Source: a virus
Direction: 5' to 3' (one strand)
Virus genome (UHGV): UHGV-0134778
DNA length: 64,000 bases
Of this stretch, positions 1-10,414 are shown piece by piece. Position 1 is the stretch's first letter; each line of letters opens with the position of its first letter. Below the pieces are notes generated by a model. The model was not told the DNA's origin, did not search any database, and was given only the letters and a program-made list of their open reading frames with translations. The position numbers and the translations under genes were made by a program.

Positions 1-3000
1 AGCATAGGGTGAGTCTGCAAACTTGTAGTGCAGAGCAACTTCAAAAGGATGTGTAGATGTTCCGTCTGCTGCAAGGACTGGCTTCCCGATCAGATCGCAC
101 TTAATAATCATCACGACACGTCTGTACCCATTAGCAACTGGAACGTCGAACGGATATCTCTCACCATTCATATTCGCATGCACGGCTGCGAAATTTATAT
201 ATGGGTCAACAGCGTTACCTAGAGTCTCAGGTCCCGGGATTATCTTGTACTTCTTGACCTGCCCCATAATATAGTCGCTACCGTAGGTTGCAGCCTCGAA
301 GCAAGAACCTGTATCAGGTAGTTCAGCAGGCCCCCAGAAATATGCGCCATAACAGTTATAAAACCACTTGTTAGGGTCGTAGTTGTTCTTAAAGGTCTGA
401 ACCTCGTTAGCCTGTTTCAACAAGAAAACCTGCGTATCTGTAAAGATTGCAGGATTCACCCTTGCCTGTCGATCAGCATATCCAGGTTGGTTAAACCACT
501 GATTGCAAGAATAGTCCCTCATATAGTCATAATCAGAGTATTTGTTGTTTGCATCCTCGTTCCAACACAAGTTCAGGTTGGTGCCGCCCATGCACACAAT
601 ATATTCTTCAACATATTTATCACTTCTGGTAGGAACACCTATGAACCATCTGTTAACAGGCTCATCCCAAGCGGTGCGCTCATCTTTAACGCAGATCGCA
701 ATCCAGTCATGTGTCCCTGTTTTCTTGCACACATCTCGCTTCATACCGTAGTAGAATTCTTTAGTATTTGGCTCAGGTGCGCTTATTAGGTAGCTCCACG
801 CCTGGTCCGCATAGGTTCCATTGGTACGAGGGTCATGATCAAAAGCATACATGATGATCCTTTCCCCGCCAAGATGTTCACCAAGAGTAACTTTGATGTT
901 CACATCCCCGTAACCGTTGCGAACAACATCCATATTATCAATAGAAATACCTCTAGGAGTGTAGGCAATTTTCAGTGAGTTATCCTCACTGGTGCCACCA
1001 AGGGTAATCCCTATATTGTTTGTTGTCCCGTCGGCATATCTTACTGTAGCTTCCCAGCGTATTCCGAAATATCCTGCATCATGGCTGACAATTTTCAGTG
1101 TACGAGCCCCAGAGTTAGGTTTTCCAGGATCAGGCCAAGGATCTGGATGTTCATGGACAGTCAACGATGTTCCGTTTTGCTCGTTGACCTGCAACATTTT
1201 ACCGCCTCTGCCGTTAGGGTTGAACTCCCACAAGGCTTGTGTTTTCACAACATTGTCATACGTAGTACGTCTCTGATCGTAGATCTCTTGAGTCACATCG
1301 TAGGTTACAGACCCGGCATCCATTCTATGGAGTCGTACCATATACGATGTATCGCCTTCTACAACAGGTTGAGCTGCGTTAAGCCCGAAGTATACAGTAT
1401 CGTTGACATGAAACTGTTTGTTTCTACCGACAGTATGCCACTTGCCGTTGGACGGATACGCAGGAACTATGGTGTTCCAGTTCAAAGTTCTTGTCGTATG
1501 GGTTCTGCCTGTGCCATGCTTGTCATGATAGGTTATTTTTACAGAGTACAGGCCACGTCTGTTGACATTTCTGTTATACTGGGTAACAACAACTTCGTTG
1601 GCCCCACCGTGGTTCCAGTTGGTGGAGAATTGGTAATTTGCATCTGTAACAACCGTACCTGCAGCATTTACCAGTTCAATCTTGTCAATAATGAACGTAG
1701 CTCCCTCTGGCTGAGGCTTCAATTTCATCTTGACTGTGTCACCAATGTAAATATTGCTAACGCTGCTAACACCGTTAACGTCAAAAATATCATCAACACC
1801 CCAACTATCTACTGGGACATTTTTATACCAATTCTCAGGTACCTCCGTGAACCCTTGGCTATTAAGCCTGCCGCCAAACAGGTTATTAGAGCCTGCAAAA
1901 CTTCCCCTTGGGATACCTGACCACCAAAGTTTACCATTAACAACAGTAAAGGTTCCTAAAAAACCTTCTCTGTGAATGCCTTGGAAATAAACACTCTCTG
2001 TCCAGCTAACTGGCAAACGTTGCTCAACATATTTAGCCGTAGCAACGGCCTGGTAATGAATAAAATCGGCACGGGGGTTATTGTTTGCAGATTGTGCGCC
2101 AATATCGTTGCACAGGTTTCGAGAGAAGCCACGATACTGCTTGGTGCCGTTGTTGAAGAAAATACCACTGGTGCCATAGCCACGAGCCATTATTACTTCA
2201 TGGGTGTAGGTGATATTTAATGGACGCCAGGTATCATCTCCCCAAACGTTTTGCCCGTAGAATACGTTAACAAGTTGTTGGTCATCAGGTCTGTGCATTC
2301 TTTGTGTTGCAACCACTGCCCCGTTCGGACCGCACATGAACCCTTTCCACTCCTCATCTGCAGGAATTCCTCTCAAATCGTCACGGGTAATCTGAGCAGG
2401 AGGCCAAACAAGGTCGTTTCTGCTGTTGTTCCTCAGAAAGTCGTATCCCGCAATCCAGAAACCTCTAGGACCACCGAAAATAACAGAGTTATCATGCACC
2501 TCACAGTTGATGCTTGGGTTTTTCCAAGGACCTGTTTCAGGATTTTCCGATGTTTCACCAATCTTTACAGGGGTTGCATGCTGGTTTTTATCCACATGCA
2601 AAGATCCGTAGGTGTTGTTACCAGATCCGTACAGGTTCAGTATGCCAGTGCCTTCTGCCTCTGCAATAACCCAGACAGTGTTGTTAATACCACCCATTAC
2701 CTCAACAAGGCGCTCTGGGTGTGTGTCGAGGTGCAACCCTTTAACAATCTGCTCAGGAAGAGGTGTCCACTCGTTTACGCAAACATCATTACCACCTGCC
2801 GCAGTGGATCCGATAAGACCTGCAGTGCAGCCGATGTAGAAAAACTGGTTATCAAAAGTCCGGATCACAAACGCACGGTCTGCTCTCCACACATGATCAA
2901 CATTCCAAGCTGTCTCGCTCGGGTAGTTTATAGGGCTACGATCCCCAGTGCGACACTCCCCGAACTTGTTATAACCCGTAATATTAAGCTGACCATTGTC

Positions 3001-3150
3001 AAAAAGTATAGCTAAGCTATTTACATAAGCTACTGTAGTGCTTGTACCGTCACTGTTGTCTATTGGGTATGACAGAACAGCAAGTTCCTTAACTCCACCC
3101 CTCTTATCGAGGAAATGACGACCAAGTTTTAGCAAAGGGATTGGAAGCAT
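1..3150 (-). CDS. tail fibre / tailspike protein, 3' end truncated by window edge
   Basis: Minus-strand ATG at 3148-3150 preceded by GGAGAA; hand translation begins MLPIPLLKLGRHF and stays open as far as checked (about 3000); plus-strand ORFs here look like antisense shadow. Confidence 0.45.
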   Translation of the reverse strand, partial: MLPIPLLKLGRHFLDKRGGVKELAVLSYPIDNSDGTSTTVAYVNSLAILFDNGQLNITGYNKFGECRTGDRSPINYPSETAWNVDHVWRADRAFVIRTFDNQFFYIGCTAGLIGSTAAGGNDVCVNEWTPLPEQIVKGLHLDTHPERLVEVMGGINNTVWVIAEAEGTGILNLYGSGNNTYGSLHVDKNQHATPVKIGETSENPETGPWKNPSINCEVHDNSVIFGGPRGFWIAGYDFLRNNSRNDLVWPPAQITRDDLRGIPADEEWKGFMCGPNGAVVATQRMHRPDDQQLVNVFYGQNVWGDDTWRPLNITYTHEVIMARGYGTSGIFFNNGTKQYRGFSRNLCNDIGAQSANNNPRADFIHYQAVATAKYVEQRLPVSWTESVYFQGIHREGFLGTFTVVNGKLWWSGIPRGSFAGSNNLFGGRLNSQGFTEVPENWYKNVPVDSWGVDDIFDVNGVSSVSNIYIGDTVKMKLKPQPEGATFIIDKIELVNAAGTVVTDANYQFSTNWNHGGANEVVVTQYNRNVNRRGLYSVKITYHDKHGTGRTHTTRTLNWNTIVPAYPSNGKWHTVGRNKQFHVNDTVYFGLNAAQPVVEGDTSYMVRLHRMDAGSVTYDVTQEIYDQRRTTYDNVVKTQALWEFNPNGRGGKMLQVNEQNGTSLTVHEHPDPWPDPGKPNSGARTLKIVSHDAGYFGIRWEATVRYADGTTNNIGITLGGTSEDNSLKIAYTPRGISIDNMDVVRNGYGDVNIKVTLGEHLGGERIIMYAFDHDPRTNGTYADQAWSYLISAPEPNTKEFYYGMKRDVCKKTGTHDWIAICVKDERTAWDEPVNRWFIGVPTRSDKYVEEYIVCMGGTNLNLCWNEDANNKYSDYDYMRDYSCNQWFNQPGYADRQARVNPAIFTDTQVFLLKQANEVQTFKNNYDPNKWFYNCYGAYFWGPAELPDTGSCFEAATYGSDYIMGQVKKYKIIPGPETLGNAVDPYINFAAVHANMNGERYPFDVPVANGYRRVVMIIKCDLIGKPVLAADGTSTHPFEVALHYKFADSPYA

Positions 3151-3198
3151 TGTGTTCTCCAGATAAGAAAACCGCCCCGTCAGGAGCGGTCAGATATA

Positions 3199-4944
3199 TT
3201 AACGTTGTGCAATAACTACATCCACAATATCACCAACACCACAATATGTCAATTGTAGCAAGGTGACGCTGTTGGCTTTGTTGTTAATAACAGGAGTAGC
3301 CGACAGTATGGCATATTTATCGTGCAAAGTCACGTTGTGACCTACAGCATCTTGAATGACATAGATGATTGCAGTAAACGGGTAAGGTTTATCTTCAGCC
3401 GATGTTCCAGGCCATTGGCCTATTGTAAAATCTCCTTTCGCGTGGACAACATACATACTGGCCTGCCCGTTAGGTGTCCATGTCCCACTGGATGCGTCAA
3501 CCTCCTCTAAATCAAAATCTACCTTCCCTGCGTGGAAAGTAGGGGCAGTAATAGTTTTACCAGCCTCAATTTCTTGAGAGGTGGTTATCTTACCACTGGA
3601 GTTAATGCCGTTGCAGACAAAGTTAACATTAGAGAAGTCTGGCAGCCACCCAGTCACCGTGCCGGATATTTCAAGGTTGTGAAGATAAGTGGTTCCCGTA
3701 CCTGCTGCGTTTAAACTAACATCCCCATTTACCTGCAAGTTGCGGGTAACGTTGCAGTTTTCAGAGTTTGCAGTTGTTGCAGTTAGAGTAGTGGTTGTCA
3801 GCTCGGTAATTGCACCTTTGTTGGCTGTAAGCCCTTCTCCTTCAAAAGTGGCACGCTCATTCACCCTCAGAGTATTTAAAGATATGTTCTGGACGGATGC
3901 TGTGCCACGAATGACTATAGATCCGCCAACCTCTAAATCTCCATTGATCAGTGCATCCCCCGTGCTTTCAATATAGCTAGGGTAGATCATGGTGCCATCT
4001 ACAGAGTAGGTTATCCCTGTAACGGTACCTGTCACCTCAAGGTTCTTAACCCTGGTGGTCCCATCAACCTGCAATGTCGGTTCGGTTGCTGCCTTCATGG
4101 CATTACCACGAATGTACACGTAGTCAAAAAAGTTATTACCTAGACCATCAAAATGCACATCGTTGTTATTAGCCACTGGTTTCCCAGAGGTTATAGTGTC
4201 AGCTATAACTCTGTGGGTGGCTACTTCATGAGGTTGTAGCTCTGTGCTTCTCCAGTCTGCATGCTTAGGATCGCTCCACGCAAAAGTCAGTGTAGAAGTA
4301 TTTGCAGTAAGGATTAGGTTCCTGAAGCGTGCAGTAGAATCCGCTCCATTAACAGGCCCGTGTAAGGTAAGGGTGCCACCAACTATGGTGTTAGCAAGTT
4401 CTGTAAGACCTTTTACCACCAAAGACCCTACAGTAACTTTCATCCCCTCCATGGCTTTAAATATACTATCCACATAGTCAACAACAAACTCTGTGTTTGC
4501 TATAGACTCGGACTTATCGTCCATTGGAGGTGTAGGTACTCGCGGGTCACCTTCGAATCTTGGGCTGTTAAGTTTTGCGTAGTATTTTGCCATTACTGCA
4601 GAATCGGTATATAATCTCCAGTTCGGAGATTGTGAAGGATCTGCTGGCATCCTAACCGGGTTAGATTTTGATGCTGCTGGGGCGTACCACCACTGAGGGC
4701 CTGTATCCCCTTTAAACTCATACAACTGGTTAAAAACTGTTGTGGATGCACCATACGCCCAAGGGATTGGTGGCGTTTTAAAATAAAGGGTGTCAAGCAT
4801 GGCTTTTCGTACCGTAGGGATGGTGGTTCCATCCTCTACGACAACTTCATCCACAGCGTTACCGTTGACAATCAAGTGCAAACGTTCAGAATCAACAATT
4901 ACTTGATCTACCGCCTGCTCGAAGCTTGTCATGTCTTGCGCCAT
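3199..4944 (-). CDS. tail fibre protein (beta-helix-like repeats)
   Basis: 581-aa ORF with RBS AAGGAG; Gly/Thr/Asn-rich repetitive segments typical of fibre shafts; sits in fibre locus. Confidence 0.5.
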   Translation of the reverse strand: MAQDMTSFEQAVDQVIVDSERLHLIVNGNAVDEVVVEDGTTIPTVRKAMLDTLYFKTPPIPWAYGASTTVFNQLYEFKGDTGPQWWYAPAASKSNPVRMPADPSQSPNWRLYTDSAVMAKYYAKLNSPRFEGDPRVPTPPMDDKSESIANTEFVVDYVDSIFKAMEGMKVTVGSLVVKGLTELANTIVGGTLTLHGPVNGADSTARFRNLILTANTSTLTFAWSDPKHADWRSTELQPHEVATHRVIADTITSGKPVANNNDVHFDGLGNNFFDYVYIRGNAMKAATEPTLQVDGTTRVKNLEVTGTVTGITYSVDGTMIYPSYIESTGDALINGDLEVGGSIVIRGTASVQNISLNTLRVNERATFEGEGLTANKGAITELTTTTLTATTANSENCNVTRNLQVNGDVSLNAAGTGTTYLHNLEISGTVTGWLPDFSNVNFVCNGINSSGKITTSQEIEAGKTITAPTFHAGKVDFDLEEVDASSGTWTPNGQASMYVVHAKGDFTIGQWPGTSAEDKPYPFTAIIYVIQDAVGHNVTLHDKYAILSATPVINNKANSVTLLQLTYCGVGDIVDVVIAQR

Positions 4945-4953
4945 GATTTCTCC

Positions 4954-5220
4954 TTAAGCTTTTTGCTCTTCGTTTTTAACGTGGTCAGGGTGCTGGCAAC
5001 CCCACCGGAGCGAGATGAATTTGCTAATAAGCTGGGGGCAGGCTACCGAAGGTGCGTATATCCACGCATACCATTCAGGAAGCGTATCATTGTACCCCAT
5101 ATGAATAAACACCCCAGTCATCACTGCCATGCCTATGTTTGACCATAGCTTAGATTGGGACACTTTTGTAGGGTCATCAGATGCTGCAACCAGTCCCCAT
5201 AAAAACTGAGTTAATTTCAT
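4954..5220 (-). CDS. small hydrophobic protein, possible holin
   Basis: 88 aa with 2-3 hydrophobic stretches and a charged C-terminus (HPDHVKNEEQKA). Confidence 0.25.
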   Translation of the reverse strand: MKLTQFLWGLVAASDDPTKVSQSKLWSNIGMAVMTGVFIHMGYNDTLPEWYAWIYAPSVACPQLISKFISLRWGCQHPDHVKNEEQKA

Positions 5221-5229
5221 TTACCCTCT

Positions 5230-6276
5230 TTAAGCATAAGATATGGTGATCCATTGACCGTTTACAAATTTTTGAATAGCTCCAGTCCAATAGTCGCCCT
5301 GATACGGGTGTTTATAGGCGTAATTGCCGGAGCACATTACATGCCCAGGGTATACTCTTGATTCTCTGTAGGTGGTTCTGAAACGGTTTGCTATCCTTAC
5401 ATCTTCAACACCTCTGCTAGGCATAGGAATAGTAAGGTTACCACTACTGTCTGCGCTACTACCATTTACCCTGCGGACCACGTTTCTTCCACCAACTGTT
5501 GCATATTGACCCCTGGCGGTTTTATCGTTACAATCTACTCTTCCGCCTATTTGAGCGCTGCCGCAGGATTGTTGTCCATTAACAGTGGCTCTAGGTATCG
5601 TTACCGCATTAGCATTTGCAGAGGCGCTTTTTGCATCATTGCATTCAAGATTTCCTTGGATAGCCAGTCTTGCACGGTTGGCAGTTATAGCATTGAGCTT
5701 CATAGCCGAAAACACAGGCTGCCCACCGGAAGGTTGAAATCTCCAACGGAAACCGTCTATTTGGTGGGAGGGGTCATCAAGGTCTGTGCCGTCAGCACCA
5801 CCGATGTTGTCCATAATCCAGAAATCCATCATCGTCTTGTCCGGAGTTATGGTGGTATATATTGCCGCATTGTCTGTTGACGCAGATGCAAACTCGATCC
5901 TTTGAAGACCTAAAGTTTGAGTCTGGATCATTGTGTCTCCAGCCTTGTCAACATAAAGGTCATCCATTTCTTCAGGTGAGTATACATTGAGAACTTGACG
6001 TGCAGCAGCTTTGTCTGGAACGTCTGCCAGATTATTAGTGACCCTTAAGAATCTATTATCCCATCCAGGGACAACATCTTCTGTTAAATGCTTTAGCCAC
6101 GCAGAGAGCATGTGGAGTTCAAAGTTAACAACTTCACATGCTATCCTTTGTGTCATATCCCAACCTTTCAATCTCTCTTCTTTGTTCGGTTGAGATTTGT
6201 TCAACTCTCCTGTATTTTCAAGCACAACATCCTGGTTGGCCCAAATATCAAGAGGGATACCTGGTTTAGTCATCAC
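5230..6276 (-). CDS. tail fibre / receptor-binding protein, paralog A
   Basis: 348 aa; N-terminus (PLDIWANQD..KGWD) and C-terminus (KFVNGQWITISYA) match the 7289..8329 protein while the centre diverges. Confidence 0.5.
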   Translation of the reverse strand: MMTKPGIPLDIWANQDVVLENTGELNKSQPNKEERLKGWDMTQRIACEVVNFELHMLSAWLKHLTEDVVPGWDNRFLRVTNNLADVPDKAAARQVLNVYSPEEMDDLYVDKAGDTMIQTQTLGLQRIEFASASTDNAAIYTTITPDKTMMDFWIMDNIGGADGTDLDDPSHQIDGFRWRFQPSGGQPVFSAMKLNAITANRARLAIQGNLECNDAKSASANANAVTIPRATVNGQQSCGSAQIGGRVDCNDKTARGQYATVGGRNVVRRVNGSSADSSGNLTIPMPSRGVEDVRIANRFRTTYRESRVYPGHVMCSGNYAYKHPYQGDYWTGAIQKFVNGQWITISYA

Positions 6277-6363
6277 GTTCTCCTGAGAAAATTCCTTAAG
6301 GACTATTTTAACACTTTAGAGAACAAAATGCAAGAACGGCATCCTTGCCGTTCTGACCTTTGT

Positions 6364-6678
6364 TTACCTTTTACTATGCTCTACAAGCATGTGTAAAATC
6401 TTTTGCACATCGGCTCTGATACCGGAGACATCTGTCCTGACATCTTGCTTAAGGTCGTTAATATCGGCCTCTAGCTTACTTAACCGGGTCTCGATAATGG
6501 AATCAAGTCTATCTTTTGTAACCATGCTATTTTTCACTAAAATGAGGTCTTTCTCCAGCTCATCCAGCCTCTTGGAAATGCCTTTCCATTTGGTGTGCCA
6601 CTGGTTGAAAGCCCATACACAGATCGGGACAACGGTACCCATGCAGATACCGTATAATGCCGCCAAATCCAACTCCAC
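6364..6678 (-). CDS. membrane-anchored coiled-coil protein (holin or lysis regulator candidate)
   Basis: 104 aa; one N-terminal TM helix (LAALYGICMGTVVPICVWAF) followed by heptad-like charged region. Confidence 0.3.
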   Translation of the reverse strand: MELDLAALYGICMGTVVPICVWAFNQWHTKWKGISKRLDELEKDLILVKNSMVTKDRLDSIIETRLSKLEADINDLKQDVRTDVSGIRADVQKILHMLVEHSKR

Positions 6679-6689
6679 AACACCTCCTC

Positions 6690-7274
6690 TTAGAGGGTAG
6701 GTCGTTCCGGGAAGAAAATGTCAGGGGCTTTAGATGTATCTATTTCAAGAAGTTTTACCCTGTACATTTTCAAATCTCTGATGTTGCGTTTCTGGTCATC
6801 AGTAAGATCATATTCAAGGTCAATCATGTCTTGATAGGCACCAATTCTAGCAGTAGCCCAAGCAAGTTCTGTCTCTATGACACCCTCTGCCTGTTGAACA
6901 AAGAACTCATTGTCTGCGACAAATTCATCACCAACTAAACGCAAAGCGTCGTGGTGGAGCATAATGTTTTCTGGTACCTCTTCTTTTTTGGCGATAACCA
7001 CACGAAGACCTGGAGCAGGCCACAAGGCATCAGGCTCTTCTGTAGATGTCTTAAGAATACCCTTCTCGTCAACAAGTAGGAAGATACAGCCAGGATTTTC
7101 TTGTCGCAATGTTCGTGATTGGACATACCAATCGCCATCATCGTTACGTAAAAAATATCCAGTGTATGCCGTGTAATCCTCCACCTCTTGAGGGGTAAGC
7201 TCCTTGGTCTCGTTGTTAGTGAAGTATTCGCCAGATCCCGGCTGGTAAAGTTTAAACTCTTGAAGTATTTTCAT
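6690..7274 (-). CDS. tail fibre assembly chaperone (Tfa-like)
   Basis: 194 aa; C-terminal YRVKLLEIDTSKAPDIFFPERP matches the conserved Tfa motif; directly downstream of a fibre gene. Confidence 0.55.
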   Translation of the reverse strand: MKILQEFKLYQPGSGEYFTNNETKELTPQEVEDYTAYTGYFLRNDDGDWYVQSRTLRQENPGCIFLLVDEKGILKTSTEEPDALWPAPGLRVVIAKKEEVPENIMLHHDALRLVGDEFVADNEFFVQQAEGVIETELAWATARIGAYQDMIDLEYDLTDDQKRNIRDLKMYRVKLLEIDTSKAPDIFFPERPTL

Positions 7275-7288
7275 GCTAGTCCTCCGAT

Positions 7289-8329
7289 CTACGCATAATT
7301 AACAGTGATCCATTGACCATTTACAAGTTTTTGTAAAGGTCCTGCCCAGTAGGTTGAACCACGCATCTCTTTTTTATCACCAAAATGCCAACCTGTGACA
7401 ACGTAGCCGTTGCGAACTGGAGATTCAGAAACACCATCAACAAGTCTTGCACCGATTCTGATATCCTGTACCCCTGTCTGCGGGATGGTGATCGTTACAT
7501 CGCCGTTACCGTTAGCTGTCACTCCATTCACAGAGCGCACCACATTTCTGTTACCGACAACACAATGCTGGCTTCTTACAACCATACTGTCACAACTTGC
7601 GCCGCCATTAACATAAACGGACCCAGCTGTCAACTGACTAGCCACATTACAGTTGGTGAATGTTGCTGTGCTGCTAATGGTAAGGTTGTTACACCGCATG
7701 TTATCGACAACTTCAACATTACCTACCACTTTCAACAGCGCACGGTTAGCCGTGATCGCGTTCAGGTACATCAAAGTGAACTCTGGATTAATGTCTGGCT
7801 GAGTTGGCTGGAATCTCCAACGAAACGCATCTACTGTAGATGTGCCACCATCATCAAACGCCCCAGTGTTATCACTTAACCCAAAGTCGAGAGTTGTCTT
7901 ATCTGGACCAATAGTTGTCTCTATCCAAGCCTTATCTGTCTCGGCAGCTTTAAAGTTGATACGCTGCAAACCTAAGGGGCCTGTCATTGTATCGCCTGTA
8001 ACTTTTACATACCTGGCGTCTGCCTCTTCCTTAGTAATAATCCCAAGGTTTCTACGGGCAACAGGAATGTTCAAAAGATCACTTAGGTTATTATCACGTA
8101 CCAGATAACGGCCTTCTTGGGCTGGGATCTGCTCGTCAGCAATATATTTTGCCCAAGTCCCGAGCATATTGAAAATATAGTTAAGTTCTTCACATGACGG
8201 CTTTTGACCAAGATCCCAACCTTTTCTCCACAAATCATCAATCGGGCGTAGCCTGTTCTGTCTGTGGGTGTTAGGCAGAACCTGATCCTCCTCTGCCCAA
8301 ATCTCTAATGGAAAACTAGGTTTTGACAT
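7289..8329 (-). CDS. tail fibre / receptor-binding protein, paralog B
   Basis: 346 aa; shares conserved termini with 5230..6276 (LQKLVNGQWITVNYA). Confidence 0.5.
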   Translation of the reverse strand: MSKPSFPLEIWAEEDQVLPNTHRQNRLRPIDDLWRKGWDLGQKPSCEELNYIFNMLGTWAKYIADEQIPAQEGRYLVRDNNLSDLLNIPVARRNLGIITKEEADARYVKVTGDTMTGPLGLQRINFKAAETDKAWIETTIGPDKTTLDFGLSDNTGAFDDGGTSTVDAFRWRFQPTQPDINPEFTLMYLNAITANRALLKVVGNVEVVDNMRCNNLTISSTATFTNCNVASQLTAGSVYVNGGASCDSMVVRSQHCVVGNRNVVRSVNGVTANGNGDVTITIPQTGVQDIRIGARLVDGVSESPVRNGYVVTGWHFGDKKEMRGSTYWAGPLQKLVNGQWITVNYA

Positions 8330-8341
8330 TTTATCTCCTGA

Positions 8342-10414
8342 TTATGAGAAGTCTGGCGGAACAACATCTTCTACATACCCTTTTAGAGCAACCTGCCCCA
8401 TGTGCAGAACGGTAGAATCTCTGGCGGTAACAGTGATGCTGTCAGACATTACTTGCGGGTATGCCCACACATACTGTTTTACCTCAGGGTATCTATACTC
8501 TATAGTTGCCATGTTTCCGCAAATACATCTCCATAAAAATTCTTGGTAATTCCTGGTTGGGTCGTAGCCATATACCGGAGCAAGCTCTTTGCTAGGAACG
8601 AACCCTGCAAGGTATTGTATTTCAGACGGCTTCCAACCTAACTTAACGATAGGTATGTTTACAGACTCTTTTGCCTTTTCAATACCTCCCTGCATCACCC
8701 AATCGTAGCACTCAGTGCAGAAGAAATCAAGAGCACCTGCTTCCTTTTTATATTGGTCAGCAAGGTTCAGTTTTTGCGTAAGCTCGGTTTCCATAATGGT
8801 GGGGAAAAACAGTAAAGCTGTCATCTGAGCCGATGCAGCGTGTGCTTTTATTGCCTTTGAAATAGCTGCAATACGAGCGCCAAGCTTACCACGACAAAAT
8901 GCTACATACTTGTCATAAACACCGCCAGTTTTAGGATCGTCAATAGTCCCAATGTCTAGTGCATATTCACCAGTCTCATCATAAAACGCCTGCTTTGTAG
9001 GGTAGTCATAAATACAAGGCTTACGAGTATCGGTATTGAACCACCACCACGGTTCACCAATCTGCATAATCACTGGCAGGTTGTTTCTCATAGCGGCTGA
9101 TGCAAAATTCTTAAATACTGCAGTAAGGAAATTCATACCCTCTTCAATGGTTGGAGACAGGAGGTAACTACAAGGTGTATAGCCTGTTTTAGCATAGTTA
9201 TCGTTCCAGTCTCTCTGGGTCCATTCCAACGGACAGGCATCGCTATAAAGCTCAAAGCTTACAGACTGCATAACGTCGAAGTCATGTCGTTTGGCATTGT
9301 ACATAAAATCATCATGCCATTTATAAGCTGCAGCGTTTAGAGCCCCTGTTTTGTTTATAGACCATTGGGTTCCTGACCATGTGTAGTCATAATAATGGCT
9401 CATACCAACATAATGATTTATGGTTCCGGTATAGCCCAGACGCTTGATATTGCTCAACACCCTTAAAGGGGATACGTTCCACATATCGTCATATGCTGTG
9501 CAGATCCCGACGTCGTGCTCTTTCACCTGGATATTGTTAAGTTGCATCATTTTCCAGCCTGTGTCCGGCTGAAGCAGATCTAGACGCAGCTCACACTCTA
9601 CATTTTCCGTTCTTGGGTCTGTGCTATTACTTACCCAATCTTTAGGCATAAGCGGTATTAAAATCCTTCTCACCTGCCGAGGATCAACACCCATCATGTT
9701 GTTGTTCTGGTCCATCCCGACGCAGTCCTCGAAATCAATATGAATTTCTGCAACATTCTTATCCTCTGAGATGCTGACAGCATATTGAGCTAAAGGAACA
9801 TAGATGATTGTACCATCAACAAGGTCTACAGTCATAATCATCTTTTCAGGGGTGGAGAAGTTGCTGGCATTGGTTATTGACATTCTGAACCAAAGCTTGG
9901 TGTTTCTCATCTCGTAGTGATCATCAAATCCAATGCCGAAATGGTCATACTTGTCAACTGTTTCCCAAATGCACCCAGCCATGCCTCCATATGTTCTTGA
10001 CACTAAACGGTTAATACAGCAGTTATTATCCGCAACAATACAGGTGCTTTCAGTCTGCTGTGTGGTTGTAACCCAGTATCTTGGGTGAAACATTCTCTCC
10101 TCAACTGTATCCCAAGATATTCTGTCAAGATTCTCATCTGAAACTATTGTACATTTCGCTCTTTGTGTTCCAATCATAACCCCTTGGGAGTTTGATGAAA
10201 ACTCCATAAAGAAGCTCCTTGGCAACCTGTTTGGCAATTTGTCAACAATTTCTACAGGGATCTCGATACTGGTTGCCCCAACCGGGATAGTTACATCGCC
10301 CTCAACATGATCATAATCCCTACCCGGAACTGCAGTATCCTGAACTGTGCGGTAATGAAACCGTGCAGCCATTGTAGAGTAATCACGGTAAGGTTTAAAA
10401 ACAGCTGTTGCCAT
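8342..10414 (-). CDS. large structural (tail/baseplate-associated) protein
   Basis: 690-aa ORF in the fibre/baseplate block; no catalytic motif recognised. Confidence 0.3.
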   Translation of the reverse strand: MATAVFKPYRDYSTMAARFHYRTVQDTAVPGRDYDHVEGDVTIPVGATSIEIPVEIVDKLPNRLPRSFFMEFSSNSQGVMIGTQRAKCTIVSDENLDRISWDTVEERMFHPRYWVTTTQQTESTCIVADNNCCINRLVSRTYGGMAGCIWETVDKYDHFGIGFDDHYEMRNTKLWFRMSITNASNFSTPEKMIMTVDLVDGTIIYVPLAQYAVSISEDKNVAEIHIDFEDCVGMDQNNNMMGVDPRQVRRILIPLMPKDWVSNSTDPRTENVECELRLDLLQPDTGWKMMQLNNIQVKEHDVGICTAYDDMWNVSPLRVLSNIKRLGYTGTINHYVGMSHYYDYTWSGTQWSINKTGALNAAAYKWHDDFMYNAKRHDFDVMQSVSFELYSDACPLEWTQRDWNDNYAKTGYTPCSYLLSPTIEEGMNFLTAVFKNFASAAMRNNLPVIMQIGEPWWWFNTDTRKPCIYDYPTKQAFYDETGEYALDIGTIDDPKTGGVYDKYVAFCRGKLGARIAAISKAIKAHAASAQMTALLFFPTIMETELTQKLNLADQYKKEAGALDFFCTECYDWVMQGGIEKAKESVNIPIVKLGWKPSEIQYLAGFVPSKELAPVYGYDPTRNYQEFLWRCICGNMATIEYRYPEVKQYVWAYPQVMSDSITVTARDSTVLHMGQVALKGYVEDVVPPDFS

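Noticed and set aside
28-3015. Multiple plus-strand ORFs (e.g. 1081..1920, 2251..3015) in the first 3 kb
   Set aside because: Cys/Arg-rich low-complexity translations overlapping each other; the minus strand carries one long open frame with a proper RBS and start at 3150, so these are antisense shadow ORFs.
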